DNA from: Candidatus Zixiibacteriota bacterium | GTDB taxonomy: Bacteria; Zixibacteria; MSB-5A5; UM-FILTER-46-8 | NCBI GenBank assembly: GCA_014730345.1 | Contig: WJIJ01000064.1 | Span: 1 to 42,048, forward strand | Direction of reading: 5' to 3' | Length of the DNA stretch: 42,048 bases | Shown: piece after piece, positions 18,961 to 27,550 of the stretch | Numbering within the stretch: position 1 is the first letter of the stretch | How the letters are laid out: each line of letters opens with the position of its first letter | Made by a program: the position numbers and the translations under genes | The notes under the pieces: model-generated | Told to the model about the DNA's origin: nothing | Seen by the model: the letters and a program-made list of their open reading frames with translations, nothing else | Databases searched by the model: none

Positions 18961-19528
18961 TCTTCCTCCTATCATTTGAGGTTATCGATTATGGTCAGCC
19001 GGTGGGTTTACCGCTCTGACCGCTATGTACCAAGTCTGACGCAACCGCCATTAATTTGAGCTTGCGAAGGAAAACCGAATTCCCGCCGCGCCTCCGGCGC
19101 GGAGCATCGCTTAAGTCCCGGTCTACTTACCCGCTCGATACTCTACCCTTGCCCCCTCTTGAAATCAAAAGGTCGAGATGTTGCGGGTTTTCGATTGAGA
19201 CGGTATCCGCTTGCTTCAAAGCGCCTTCTTGCGCTGTCCGACTTCAATCTCTACCGGTAATCACTCGGTCGGAGTTGATACGGACCGGCTGGGCGTCCGG
19301 CATCCTCCGCAAACTTACCGTTTCTTTTGCTACCGATAACGGTCGGTTGCCGGGGATTTGAACCCAAGGTATCGGAGATTTCCAATACCCTACCGTGGTT
19401 GTACCACTTTTTCGGAAGCCATTCACGGGACGCGCAATAAAGATTCCCGCATATCTTACAGGGAATACCGCGCGCCGCTGGCATGGCGGTACATCTTTTA
19501 ATGTTTTACTTTTCCTTTCTTTTAAATA
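18961..19528. ncRNA. Candidate structured non-coding RNA or long structured UTR, class unknown: GC-rich ORF-free block with a T-loop-like hairpin
   Basis: ~570 bp with no credible ORF (only Arg-rich junk translations). Minus strand reads GGGTTCAAATCCC at 19350..19365, preceded by an 8-bp hairpin GGTATTGG-AAATCT-CCGATACC. Several further stem-loops, including CCGC-TGGCATG-GCGG followed by a T-tract at 19468..19500. Confidence 0.25.
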
Positions 19529-20395
19529 TTAGTCCAGGAAAACCATTACCGACTGAACACCGCTTCCTGTCTCGTTAACGACTTCTTTATTCATCAGTAT
19601 ACGGTGCCATCCATTAAGGTAAATGGTTTTGTGATCCGGATGGGAAACGTGTCCCATACCGTATGCTTCAGCTTCGCGTTGCATCATTCTCCAATTGTAT
19701 TTCTTAGCCTCAGGATCTTCTCGAATTAATTTATCATACTCGCTCGGTTTCAGTCCCGCGGGATATTGCGCGCAAACATGAACGGTCACCCCTCCCTTGC
19801 GGTAAAGGTATTGAACCCAGTGAGATTTACCCAATCCGCGATTTATCGGTTCGTTACGGTAAATAGGTCCATCTTTAGTATCAAGTTCCGGAGTTGGGAC
19901 GAAGTACCATTCACCCTGACGGACAAAACCCTTATTACGGCGGCGATTGCGAAGCTTGGGAATCACATGGTTCTGACCCTGCGAAACAAGCACCTCCGCC
20001 GGTTTGAGAGATTGCATCGCGTTGTAAACATCTGAGACATGTTCAGGGACGCCCGCGATAAACAGATGACGTTCATCATGACCACAAAGAAACTTTACAC
20101 GATCGTAGTCATTGTCGCTTGTCTTAACCTCAGGGGAGAATATATCCGCCATGAGGATAAGGTGACGATCATCAGACCGCACATCGGTTACATCGAACCG
20201 GGTATCGCCTTCTCCGATCAAGAGATCAAAAAATTCGCCCTTACGGTCTCTGCCCACATCAAGCTGAAATCCATCAACTCTCTTAAAGCGTTTTTCAGTA
20301 TATGCGAAACGGATCTTAAGACGCGCGCCGATCTTTTCGAACTTCTTTTTAATTGTACCGAATTGTTCCAAAACAATTCCCTTTCTGTGATTCAT
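19529..20395 (-). CDS. Hypothetical protein (288 aa), no recognisable family
   Basis: Long ORF with protein-like composition. No motif I can assign with confidence. Flanked by ORF-free regions on both sides. Confidence 0.5.
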   Translation of the reverse strand: MNHRKGIVLEQFGTIKKKFEKIGARLKIRFAYTEKRFKRVDGFQLDVGRDRKGEFFDLLIGEGDTRFDVTDVRSDDRHLILMADIFSPEVKTSDNDYDRVKFLCGHDERHLFIAGVPEHVSDVYNAMQSLKPAEVLVSQGQNHVIPKLRNRRRNKGFVRQGEWYFVPTPELDTKDGPIYRNEPINRGLGKSHWVQYLYRKGGVTVHVCAQYPAGLKPSEYDKLIREDPEAKKYNWRMMQREAEAYGMGHVSHPDHKTIYLNGWHRILMNKEVVNETGSGVQSVMVFLD

Positions 20396-21224
20396 TCATT
20401 AACAGTTCAATGCCCATCAATACCGTATTAAATGGGCTTCTCTCTTGCCGTTCGGCTTAATGAATACTTGCGCATATCTCTCCTTTCACTGTTTATTCCG
20501 GGATAATCGGGACCTGCCCCAGCCCTCCGGAGAGCAGGAACCCGACAGCGTAAATCCTGCTTTCCCGGATACTATTCAACTTTTACAGGCGTAATAAAGC
20601 CCGCGTTAATGTTTGGTTATATTGTCCGCCGAGAATAACTCAGCAGTTTGTTATTGGATCGATAATTGGGTTATAAAGGATGGAATAAAGGAGAGAATGG
20701 AAATTGTCTGGGGGTGAAATCAGGAAAGTAATCTTATCTCGTCGTTATTCCATTCAAACCCAACCGCCCGATCGCCTTCTTATTTTTAGGCTCATCGCAA
20801 AACCTTTTGTGTTAAGTTCCGAATGTATTGTAATGCTACTCATATTATTTCCTCTCTAATTTCGAGTTTACGCCTGATTATCGGTAAAATACGTCAAACT
20901 TATAAAATGGTTTCAGCCCGTTGAAAATTATTTCGGTCAATTTGAACGCATAGTTTAATACCGGTTCTAATGTTTGTCAAGAAAAAAATTTGGATTAAGA
21001 ATATTTATTTTGCCAAAAAGGGTGATGGTTGTACGGGCTTCTTCGATTTGCGCCGCTCACAGGATATCAGCCGCCCCGCGCTATGTTAAAGCTCCCGACA
21101 GGTAAACACCGGAAGAATTGATATCCCTGTTTATCTTGCGTTCTTCCCAGAAAACCCTAAAACGGCACGGGGGGAGGCGATTAGATTGTTGAAAACCGGT
21201 AAGAAAACCCGTTTGAAATAATCC

Positions 21225-22967
21225 CTAATTTATGTACCCCAGCGCCCGGAGTTTTTCCTTCAGTTCCTCTTCGCCTTCAACGAGATTGACGGCGTTTTGC
21301 CGCGACAGGCTGTCCTCGTAAGTAGGTATGTACGTTATCTTATGGTTTTCAAGGAAATCCTCGGCGAACATCCCCTGCATGACCCTGCCGTCCATATCTT
21401 CAGCCACCGGCAATCCCATCAGGTAAAGAGTGGTCGGAGTTATATCCAGTACCGTCCCCTCGTCGTAACGATACCCCCTTTTGAATGCCGGACCTTTGGC
21501 CAGGATTATGCCGTACTGCTCATGCCATCCGGATATCGCCGTATGAAGCATAACCAGTGAATCGGCTGGATAACTCTTTTCGGCGGTTACCATAATTTTA
21601 TCATCCGGTTCGATATCGGGATTAATATGGAGCTGGAGGCGGTTCTCGGCGGTCTTGCTGGCATCGATAAACAGGTTGCCCTTGCCGGGAATACTTATTT
21701 TCCTGATATCGGAGATAGCCTTGTTAAAGCTCTCGAAGTCATTTAACCTGTTCCCGGAATTATCAAGAAGGTCCCAGTATGTCAGGGTGCCGATAGTTTC
21801 CATGGAGAGATACGCCGGTTCGGAGATAATAACCTGCATTCCCAGCGCGGCGATAGCGTCGTTTATAATGGAACGCATGACATTAAAGCTTATCTGCCGG
21901 GGGACTTTATAGGTATTGTAATCCGGGAATAATTCCTGCATTACATCGTATCCGCCTGATCTTTCCGGTATGTTCTCCTCGATTAACGGAACAAGCGAAT
22001 GGTCGGAAAGCACTATAATATTGGTTTCAGGGTCGAGCTCATCAAGCACCACGCCCAGGAGCGAGTCCGTGCGTTCATAATATTTATTCAGAAAATCACC
22101 GAAAACTTGCTTTTCTTTCTCGTTAACCGTGAACGATTCCGGCGAATGGTAACGGAACATAAAATGCTGGGCCATATCCGGGCTGTGTATGTAATATCCA
22201 AACAGGTTCGGCTGGCCGTATTTACGGATCGCGTCGACAGTCGCGTCGGTAATACGGTGGTCGTTCTCGGTTTCCTCGGCAAGAACCTTGACCAGCGTGT
22301 GCATCTCTCCTTTAGTCAACTCGTCGGAAAGCTCATAAATTTCCTCCCGGTTATCCAGCGGCGAAAAATTGGAATACGGCTCGAGGATATCGATGTGCGA
22401 ATGCCCCTTCTTTTTGTATTTATTCTCGAAGTCGAAAACACCGGCCGGGAAGACCGTGCCCGAGTTGCTGAATATAGCCCTGTCGGATACAAATACTCCA
22501 TTAACCGAATCCGGGGGATAAGTGCACATAAAATTCACGAACATGGTGCTCAGTTCTTCCTCTGAGGCGATTTCCCATACCGCCTTAACTGTCCGGTCTG
22601 TGGCATTGCCGATACGCCATTTATCACCGACAACGTCCTCGCGTACCATCCACGCCTGAATACCATGCTTTTCAGGGCGTTTACCCGTATAAATGGATGG
22701 CCATATCAACTGGGATATGAGCTGGTAAAACTCGAATGATTTCAGCTTGCCGCTTACGCCCGTATCCATAATGCGCTGAAAATTGGGCATTTTCCCCTGC
22801 TCGATAAGCGGGTCGATAATGTTCCAGCCGAGGCCGTCAAGCCCTATTATCGCTACCTTGGGACCCGGCGATGTTAAATCTACCTGCGGCTCTTTATCTG
22901 TACTGCAGGTGGCAAATACGGCAATCGCAAATGTTAATATTACTATTCCTAAAATCGATTTCTTCAT
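21225..22967 (-). CDS. Secreted/lipoprotein alkaline-phosphatase-superfamily enzyme (type I phosphodiesterase / nucleotide pyrophosphatase-like)
   Basis: Signal peptide with a lipobox-like FATC. N-terminal IIGLDGLGWNII metal-binding core typical of the AlkP/PhoD/NPP superfamily. Confidence 0.55.
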   Translation of the reverse strand: MKKSILGIVILTFAIAVFATCSTDKEPQVDLTSPGPKVAIIGLDGLGWNIIDPLIEQGKMPNFQRIMDTGVSGKLKSFEFYQLISQLIWPSIYTGKRPEKHGIQAWMVREDVVGDKWRIGNATDRTVKAVWEIASEEELSTMFVNFMCTYPPDSVNGVFVSDRAIFSNSGTVFPAGVFDFENKYKKKGHSHIDILEPYSNFSPLDNREEIYELSDELTKGEMHTLVKVLAEETENDHRITDATVDAIRKYGQPNLFGYYIHSPDMAQHFMFRYHSPESFTVNEKEKQVFGDFLNKYYERTDSLLGVVLDELDPETNIIVLSDHSLVPLIEENIPERSGGYDVMQELFPDYNTYKVPRQISFNVMRSIINDAIAALGMQVIISEPAYLSMETIGTLTYWDLLDNSGNRLNDFESFNKAISDIRKISIPGKGNLFIDASKTAENRLQLHINPDIEPDDKIMVTAEKSYPADSLVMLHTAISGWHEQYGIILAKGPAFKRGYRYDEGTVLDITPTTLYLMGLPVAEDMDGRVMQGMFAEDFLENHKITYIPTYEDSLSRQNAVNLVEGEEELKEKLRALGYIN

Positions 22968-23047
22968 GATTACATTCCGTTAGCGGTTCGTTTTTGCTTA
23001 AACTATCCGAAAATCTATTTGTTTCCAACATTTTGAAAATACGAAAA

Positions 23048-24862
23048 TTATTCTGCCGGCTCCGGCGACAGCCTGTAAATCTCCACCTCGGTGCCCATCC
23101 TCTCAATTCCGCCGGCAAAATCGGTAAGCGGGTAATATGGCAAATAGACAATGACTCCATTCTCAATAAACCGCCAGGCCATATTGCGGTCATCATACGG
23201 AGTGAATTTCTTCACCAGTTCGGCGTCGTTGCGAAGCCTCCAGTAGAACCCGGCTCTTTCGGGATATATCTTCTCCTCGGAAAAGGCGACCGCGGCGTTG
23301 AATGTGTTGATAGCCGCGTACTGAACGCCTTTTTCTATAAGGTCGTTAAAATCATAATCGTTCTTGTAAAAGTCGGGGGCGTAAAACGGGTGCATTGTCG
23401 TCTTTACCACCCGGTAACCGCCTTCCAGCATAACCGGATTATCCTCAAGGTATCGTAATCGCCGGGGTACATACCATCCCTTGCTTCTTAGATCGTCTAA
23501 TGTTTCCTCTACCATCTGCCTGCTCTCCGGGAGCTGAATACAGTACCAGTCGGTGGCGATTATCGTGTTCGGTTCTATGTTCTCCTTTATCCATTCGGAT
23601 GCCTGCGTGCGGGTATCGCCCGCGGTCAATAACCGGTCATACTCAACCGCCCAGCTTACCGGCTGTATCAACGCGGCAATTATCAGTATTGACGCAACTA
23701 CATACTTCCATGTTTGCTTCTTAACGAAAGATACAACAAGGAATAAGGCATCCGCCGCCCCGTAACATATAAACGGCAGTATCGGCATAAGGTATCGGTC
23801 CCAGGTTATACTCCATGAACCGACGATTACCAGGTAAACAAGGGGGAAGATAAACAGGATAATGTTCAACCGGTCCCGGGTTACGAATGCTTTCACAAAT
23901 GAAACAATAAAACCGGCCAGCACCGCCCCGCCCATACCATAATAAAGCGAATAGCGCAGGTGAAAAAGCCATGCCGGATAACCGATTATCTCGGTCATAA
24001 ATCCCGTATGGCCCTTCTGCATGTGTTGAGTTTCAAAACTGAAATCGGCCCAGAACTGGTTAAAATCCAGCAGAACGAAGGGGGAAGTTATGAGAAAGGC
24101 CCCGATGGAAGCCCCCGCCGCTTTCAACAGATTCGCCGATATGATGTTTCTAAAATTTAATCCGCCGTTTTCCCAGAGATGTAATATATGCGCGGCAAAT
24201 ATCGGTATGGCTACTATCGCTCCGTTGTATTTCGTGGATGCCGCCAAACCGCAGAAAATGCCCGCCAGAATGTATGACCTGCTTTTGCCCCCGCGGTAGA
24301 TATCAACTATGAATATATGGGCAATAAGCACCATAAGGCCGGTGGGTACATCGGTTATTGCGTAATGGGAAACCCTTATATGCAGAAACGACCCCGCCAA
24401 AAAAGCGGCCGCGGCCAGCCCAACCTCCCTTGATTTCGCTTTCTCGCCAAGCTTGTATGTGAAATAAACCGCCAGGGTGCCAATAAAGGCCATCACCGCT
24501 CTTATTGTGATATATATCGGCGTCGGGTCAAACCAGTAGGCGACCTTGAATGCTTCCATTGAAGCGAATAATCCAAACAACCGCCCAAAAATAAAAAGTA
24601 AACCCAGGGTAAAGGCGGAGAAGTAGATATACAGGCTCGGGTAATGGAAAAACCCCGGGTTCGGATTGCCGCCGGCGACTGCCATCACCGCCTGGAGTAT
24701 GGTCGGCTCGTCCGGGTGATGCGTATAGGGCAGGCCGAAGTTTATCCCGTAAAGCCTTACCACCGCGGCGAAAACCAGCACCAGCGCAAGCAGTAAATAA
24801 ACGAATGTTTTACTCGAATTCCCTTCTGAAACTTCGGTAGCGGTTAACATAATATGTAACAA
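23048..24862 (-). CDS. Glycosyltransferase family 39 (ArnT/PMT-like) membrane protein with a C-terminal soluble domain
   Basis: ~12 TM N-terminal region with the conserved early loop (YGINFGLPYTHHPDEP). ~200-aa C-terminal non-membrane domain. Confidence 0.7.
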   Translation of the reverse strand: MLHIMLTATEVSEGNSSKTFVYLLLALVLVFAAVVRLYGINFGLPYTHHPDEPTILQAVMAVAGGNPNPGFFHYPSLYIYFSAFTLGLLFIFGRLFGLFASMEAFKVAYWFDPTPIYITIRAVMAFIGTLAVYFTYKLGEKAKSREVGLAAAAFLAGSFLHIRVSHYAITDVPTGLMVLIAHIFIVDIYRGGKSRSYILAGIFCGLAASTKYNGAIVAIPIFAAHILHLWENGGLNFRNIISANLLKAAGASIGAFLITSPFVLLDFNQFWADFSFETQHMQKGHTGFMTEIIGYPAWLFHLRYSLYYGMGGAVLAGFIVSFVKAFVTRDRLNIILFIFPLVYLVIVGSWSITWDRYLMPILPFICYGAADALFLVVSFVKKQTWKYVVASILIIAALIQPVSWAVEYDRLLTAGDTRTQASEWIKENIEPNTIIATDWYCIQLPESRQMVEETLDDLRSKGWYVPRRLRYLEDNPVMLEGGYRVVKTTMHPFYAPDFYKNDYDFNDLIEKGVQYAAINTFNAAVAFSEEKIYPERAGFYWRLRNDAELVKKFTPYDDRNMAWRFIENGVIVYLPYYPLTDFAGGIERMGTEVEIYRLSPEPAE

Positions 24863-24864
24863 GG

Positions 24865-26559
24865 TTATTCTTTTACAGCAGTTGATCCGGAGCTGGCCAG
24901 GTTGCGCCTTATATATAATTGCTCAATCAGCGATAATATGTTATACATGGTCCAATACAGAACCAATCCCGCTGGCATACTATAGAAAAGGAACGTGAAC
25001 AACGCCGGCATCAGGTAAACCATCATCTTCTGCTTGGGGTCCTTAATTGTCAGCTTCTGCTGGATGAACATGGTCGCGCCCATCACTATAGGAAGCACAT
25101 AATAAGGATCCATCTGGGAAAGGTCGGTAATCCAGAGCATGAAACTGGCGCCGCGAAGCTCAATTGTTGAGCGGAAGACCACGAACAACGCGTAGAACAA
25201 TGGCATCTGCAGGATGAGCGGCAGACAGCTTCCAAACGGATTTACGCCATGCTCTTTGTAAAGCTTCATGGTCTCCTGGCTGAGCTTGTTGCGGTCGCTT
25301 TTATATTTTTCCTGGATTTCCTTTATTTTCGGCTGAATATCCTGCATCTTGGCCATGGAGGTCATCGACTTGCGGGATAACGGGAAAAGTACTATTTTTA
25401 TCAATATTGAGAACAGGACAATCACTATCCCGTAGTTGGGAATGATATGATGGAGCTGGGTGAATACCCACAGCACCGCCACAGAGAAAGGTTGGATGAT
25501 TTTCCAGCCCATGGAAACCAGAGCTTCCAGTTCAACCTCGTATTCACTTAGAAGGTAATAGTCGATAGGGCCGATATAGACTATAAACTCATCCGCGTAT
25601 TTTTCCGCCCCGCTGCTTTCCATATAAACACCCACATCGAAATACTTGCGCTCGATTTTCTCCTCGTTGAAGGTCTCTTCCCGGGCGGTCCCGTTAACAT
25701 AAAATCCACTGCCCATTCTCGAATCAGGAATAATCGCGGCGGTGAAATATTTGGATTTTTGAGCAACCCAGGCCGTGGTCCCGCTTTTCTCCTGATGCAT
25801 CTCCTCGCCCACATCCACATCTTTGAAATCGAGATTTTCGCCGCCGAACATGGCATAACCGCCCATGGGGTCAAGGTCCTCCCCGGCATTCGTTTCGGTG
25901 AGAGGCAACGGGCTGTCCCAACTGAGGTAATAACCCTTGTCTATATCCAATGCTTCCGCGCCTTCAACATCTACATCGAGTACTATGGAATATTTATCGT
26001 TATCAAACGTGTAAGCCTTCTCGATTTTTACCCCGGATTTATCCTGCCAGGTAAAGGTTATTTTGCCTTCCTTATCCCGAACGCTTAAACGCAAAGCGGT
26101 GTCGCTTACCGCGTAGTTCATCCTCTCCGATGGCAGGTAGGCATCCTGGTTTTTAAGCAGTAAAACGCCCCTTCTACCCAGGGATGCCATATCAATCTTG
26201 CCACCGCCCGACTTTTCGTACTTTTTCAACACGAAAGATACCAGCGAAGCCCCTTTAGTGGAAAATACGGCTTCGTACAGGTCAGTTTCCACCTTTACAA
26301 ATCTACGGGGCCGGGTGTCCTCGAAAATCACCGAATCCGGCTCTTCTTCTTTCACCGGTTTTTCATCCTCTACTACAGCCGCGGTATCGGTTTGCTCCGG
26401 AGGCTCGTCAGCCCGCATCTGGGCTTCGCCTACAGCCGGCCGGTCTTCAATGGTAGTTTCGCTTTTATCCTGCGCGGGGAAAAACAGCTTATTATAAAAA
26501 GGCATTAATATGAAAATTAATGCTATCAGCGCGAAGGCGAGAATTGTTTTTCTATCCAT
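24865..26559 (-). CDS. yidC: Membrane protein insertase YidC (Gram-negative type with large periplasmic domain)
   Basis: N-terminal TM, ~300-aa periplasmic beta-domain, C-terminal 5-TM core (NPFGSCLPLILQMPLFYALF...). Located in the rpmH-rnpA-yidD-yidC context. Confidence 0.9.
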   Translation of the reverse strand: MDRKTILAFALIALIFILMPFYNKLFFPAQDKSETTIEDRPAVGEAQMRADEPPEQTDTAAVVEDEKPVKEEEPDSVIFEDTRPRRFVKVETDLYEAVFSTKGASLVSFVLKKYEKSGGGKIDMASLGRRGVLLLKNQDAYLPSERMNYAVSDTALRLSVRDKEGKITFTWQDKSGVKIEKAYTFDNDKYSIVLDVDVEGAEALDIDKGYYLSWDSPLPLTETNAGEDLDPMGGYAMFGGENLDFKDVDVGEEMHQEKSGTTAWVAQKSKYFTAAIIPDSRMGSGFYVNGTAREETFNEEKIERKYFDVGVYMESSGAEKYADEFIVYIGPIDYYLLSEYEVELEALVSMGWKIIQPFSVAVLWVFTQLHHIIPNYGIVIVLFSILIKIVLFPLSRKSMTSMAKMQDIQPKIKEIQEKYKSDRNKLSQETMKLYKEHGVNPFGSCLPLILQMPLFYALFVVFRSTIELRGASFMLWITDLSQMDPYYVLPIVMGATMFIQQKLTIKDPKQKMMVYLMPALFTFLFYSMPAGLVLYWTMYNILSLIEQLYIRRNLASSGSTAVKE

Positions 26560-26576
26560 AACCCGTTCAATAACTC

Positions 26577-26807
26577 CTAATTTACTGGATCATATCCCCC
26601 GGAATTCCACGGATTGCACCGCAGAAGACGATTAACCGCTTTTATTCCCCCCTTAAACGCCCCATGTTTCTCAACAGCCTGCATGGCGTACTCCGAACAG
26701 CTGGGATGAAAACGGCATGTATCCGGAGGAAACAGGTAACCCAGGGTATTTTGATAGATAAAGATAAATAGCTTTAATATATTCCTGGGTATTTTCTTAA
26801 TGCTCAT
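26577..26807 (-). CDS. yidD: Membrane protein insertion efficiency factor YidD
   Basis: [10 protein letters not shown]...HG..KG......[14 protein letters not shown] signature. Confidence 0.85.
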   Translation of the reverse strand: MSIKKIPRNILKLFIFIYQNTLGYLFPPDTCRFHPSCSEYAMQAVEKHGAFKGGIKAVNRLLRCNPWNSGGYDPVN

Positions 26808-27166
26808 CAGGCCTTATACCCTTTGAAAAGTTTATCCAGCTCGTGCCGTATTTGATCATTGGCGGCGTGCGCGAGATTATTTGAACCAAGCAGAAGCACA
26901 CTGCTTCCCGAAGGAAATATATCCTTATGGCACCGCAACTGCTCTCTAAAAATCCGTTTTACCCGGTTGCGCTGGACCGCCGAATGGAACCTGCCGTAAA
27001 CCTGAACGGCGAATCTGCTCTCCAACTGGCCTGGTTCACCAGAGTGAACATATAATTTGGTGTTTTCTGTAGAGTACAAACGACCCTTCTTTTTCAGTTC
27101 AACTATTCTGTCGCGGGATTTGATCAATATACTTCGGGGGAAACCGAATTTTTTCCGCCGCTTCAT
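26807..27166 (-). CDS. rnpA: Ribonuclease P protein component
   Basis: RNR motif region [16 protein letters not shown]. ~119 aa, basic. Gene order rpmH-rnpA-yidD-yidC. Confidence 0.85.
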   Translation of the reverse strand: MKRRKKFGFPRSILIKSRDRIVELKKKGRLYSTENTKLYVHSGEPGQLESRFAVQVYGRFHSAVQRNRVKRIFREQLRCHKDIFPSGSSVLLLGSNNLAHAANDQIRHELDKLFKGYKA

Positions 27167-27178
27167 TTTACTATAGGA

Positions 27179-27313
27179 TCAATGGGATAACCGCGCGCGA
27201 CCCTTGGAACGTCTTCTTTTTATAATAGAACGCCCCGCTTTGGTGGACATGCGCTTGCGAAATCCATGATCTCTTTTCTTTTTAATATTCGATGGTTGGA
27301 ATGTCCGCTTCAT
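27179..27313 (-). CDS. rpmH: 50S ribosomal protein L34 (44 aa); not present in the supplied ORF track (<60 aa)
   Basis: Manual minus-strand translation gives [44 protein letters not shown], the L34 consensus, immediately upstream of rnpA. Confidence 0.85.
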   Translation of the reverse strand: MKRTFQPSNIKKKRDHGFRKRMSTKAGRSIIKRRRSKGRARLSH

Positions 27314-27550
27314 TATAATGTCCTTGCCTGTCTGATTTTACGTTTAACGATAAACCTGTAATATATTTAACCTTGCCCGAGAGTCAAGTAATTTATCGGC
27401 TGTAGATTTATACTGAATATTTGAAAATTAAAAATTTTATAAATTCCCATAACTTATAAGGATAAATAATTTCACCTCCTTTTTTGCCGATGTTAATATT
27501 GATGAGCATTGTACCCATCTCTCTGTAAATGTGCTAAAAGAGGCGATTGG

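Noticed and set aside
19340-19410. Possible tRNA gene on the minus strand, based on a perfect T-loop (GGGTTCAAATCCC)
   Set aside because: Manual folding cannot build a cloverleaf. There is no complementary 5' acceptor strand at the right distance. The adjacent hairpin is 8 bp with a 6-nt loop, so it is neither an anticodon arm nor a plausible variable arm. Kept only as part of the ncRNA-candidate block.
19251-19484. 77-aa ORF with a C-x2-C-x4-C cluster inside the GC-rich block
   Set aside because: No RBS. Its start codon sits inside a hairpin stem. Rare Arg codons (AGG/CGG/CGA) dominate, consistent with a junk translation of structured RNA.
18961-19528. tmRNA (including circularly permuted two-piece tmRNA) hypothesis for the structured block
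   Set aside because: The sequence complementary to the putative 3' acceptor strand (CGGTTGC at ~19040) lies only ~80 nt from the SPFH start codon. That leaves no room for a tag reading frame, and no ...ALAA*-like tag ORF was found.
27314-27550. oriC / DnaA-box cluster upstream of rpmH
   Set aside because: Only partial matches (AAGGATAAA) were seen, no TTATCCACA/TGTGGATAA repeats, and dnaA is not adjacent.
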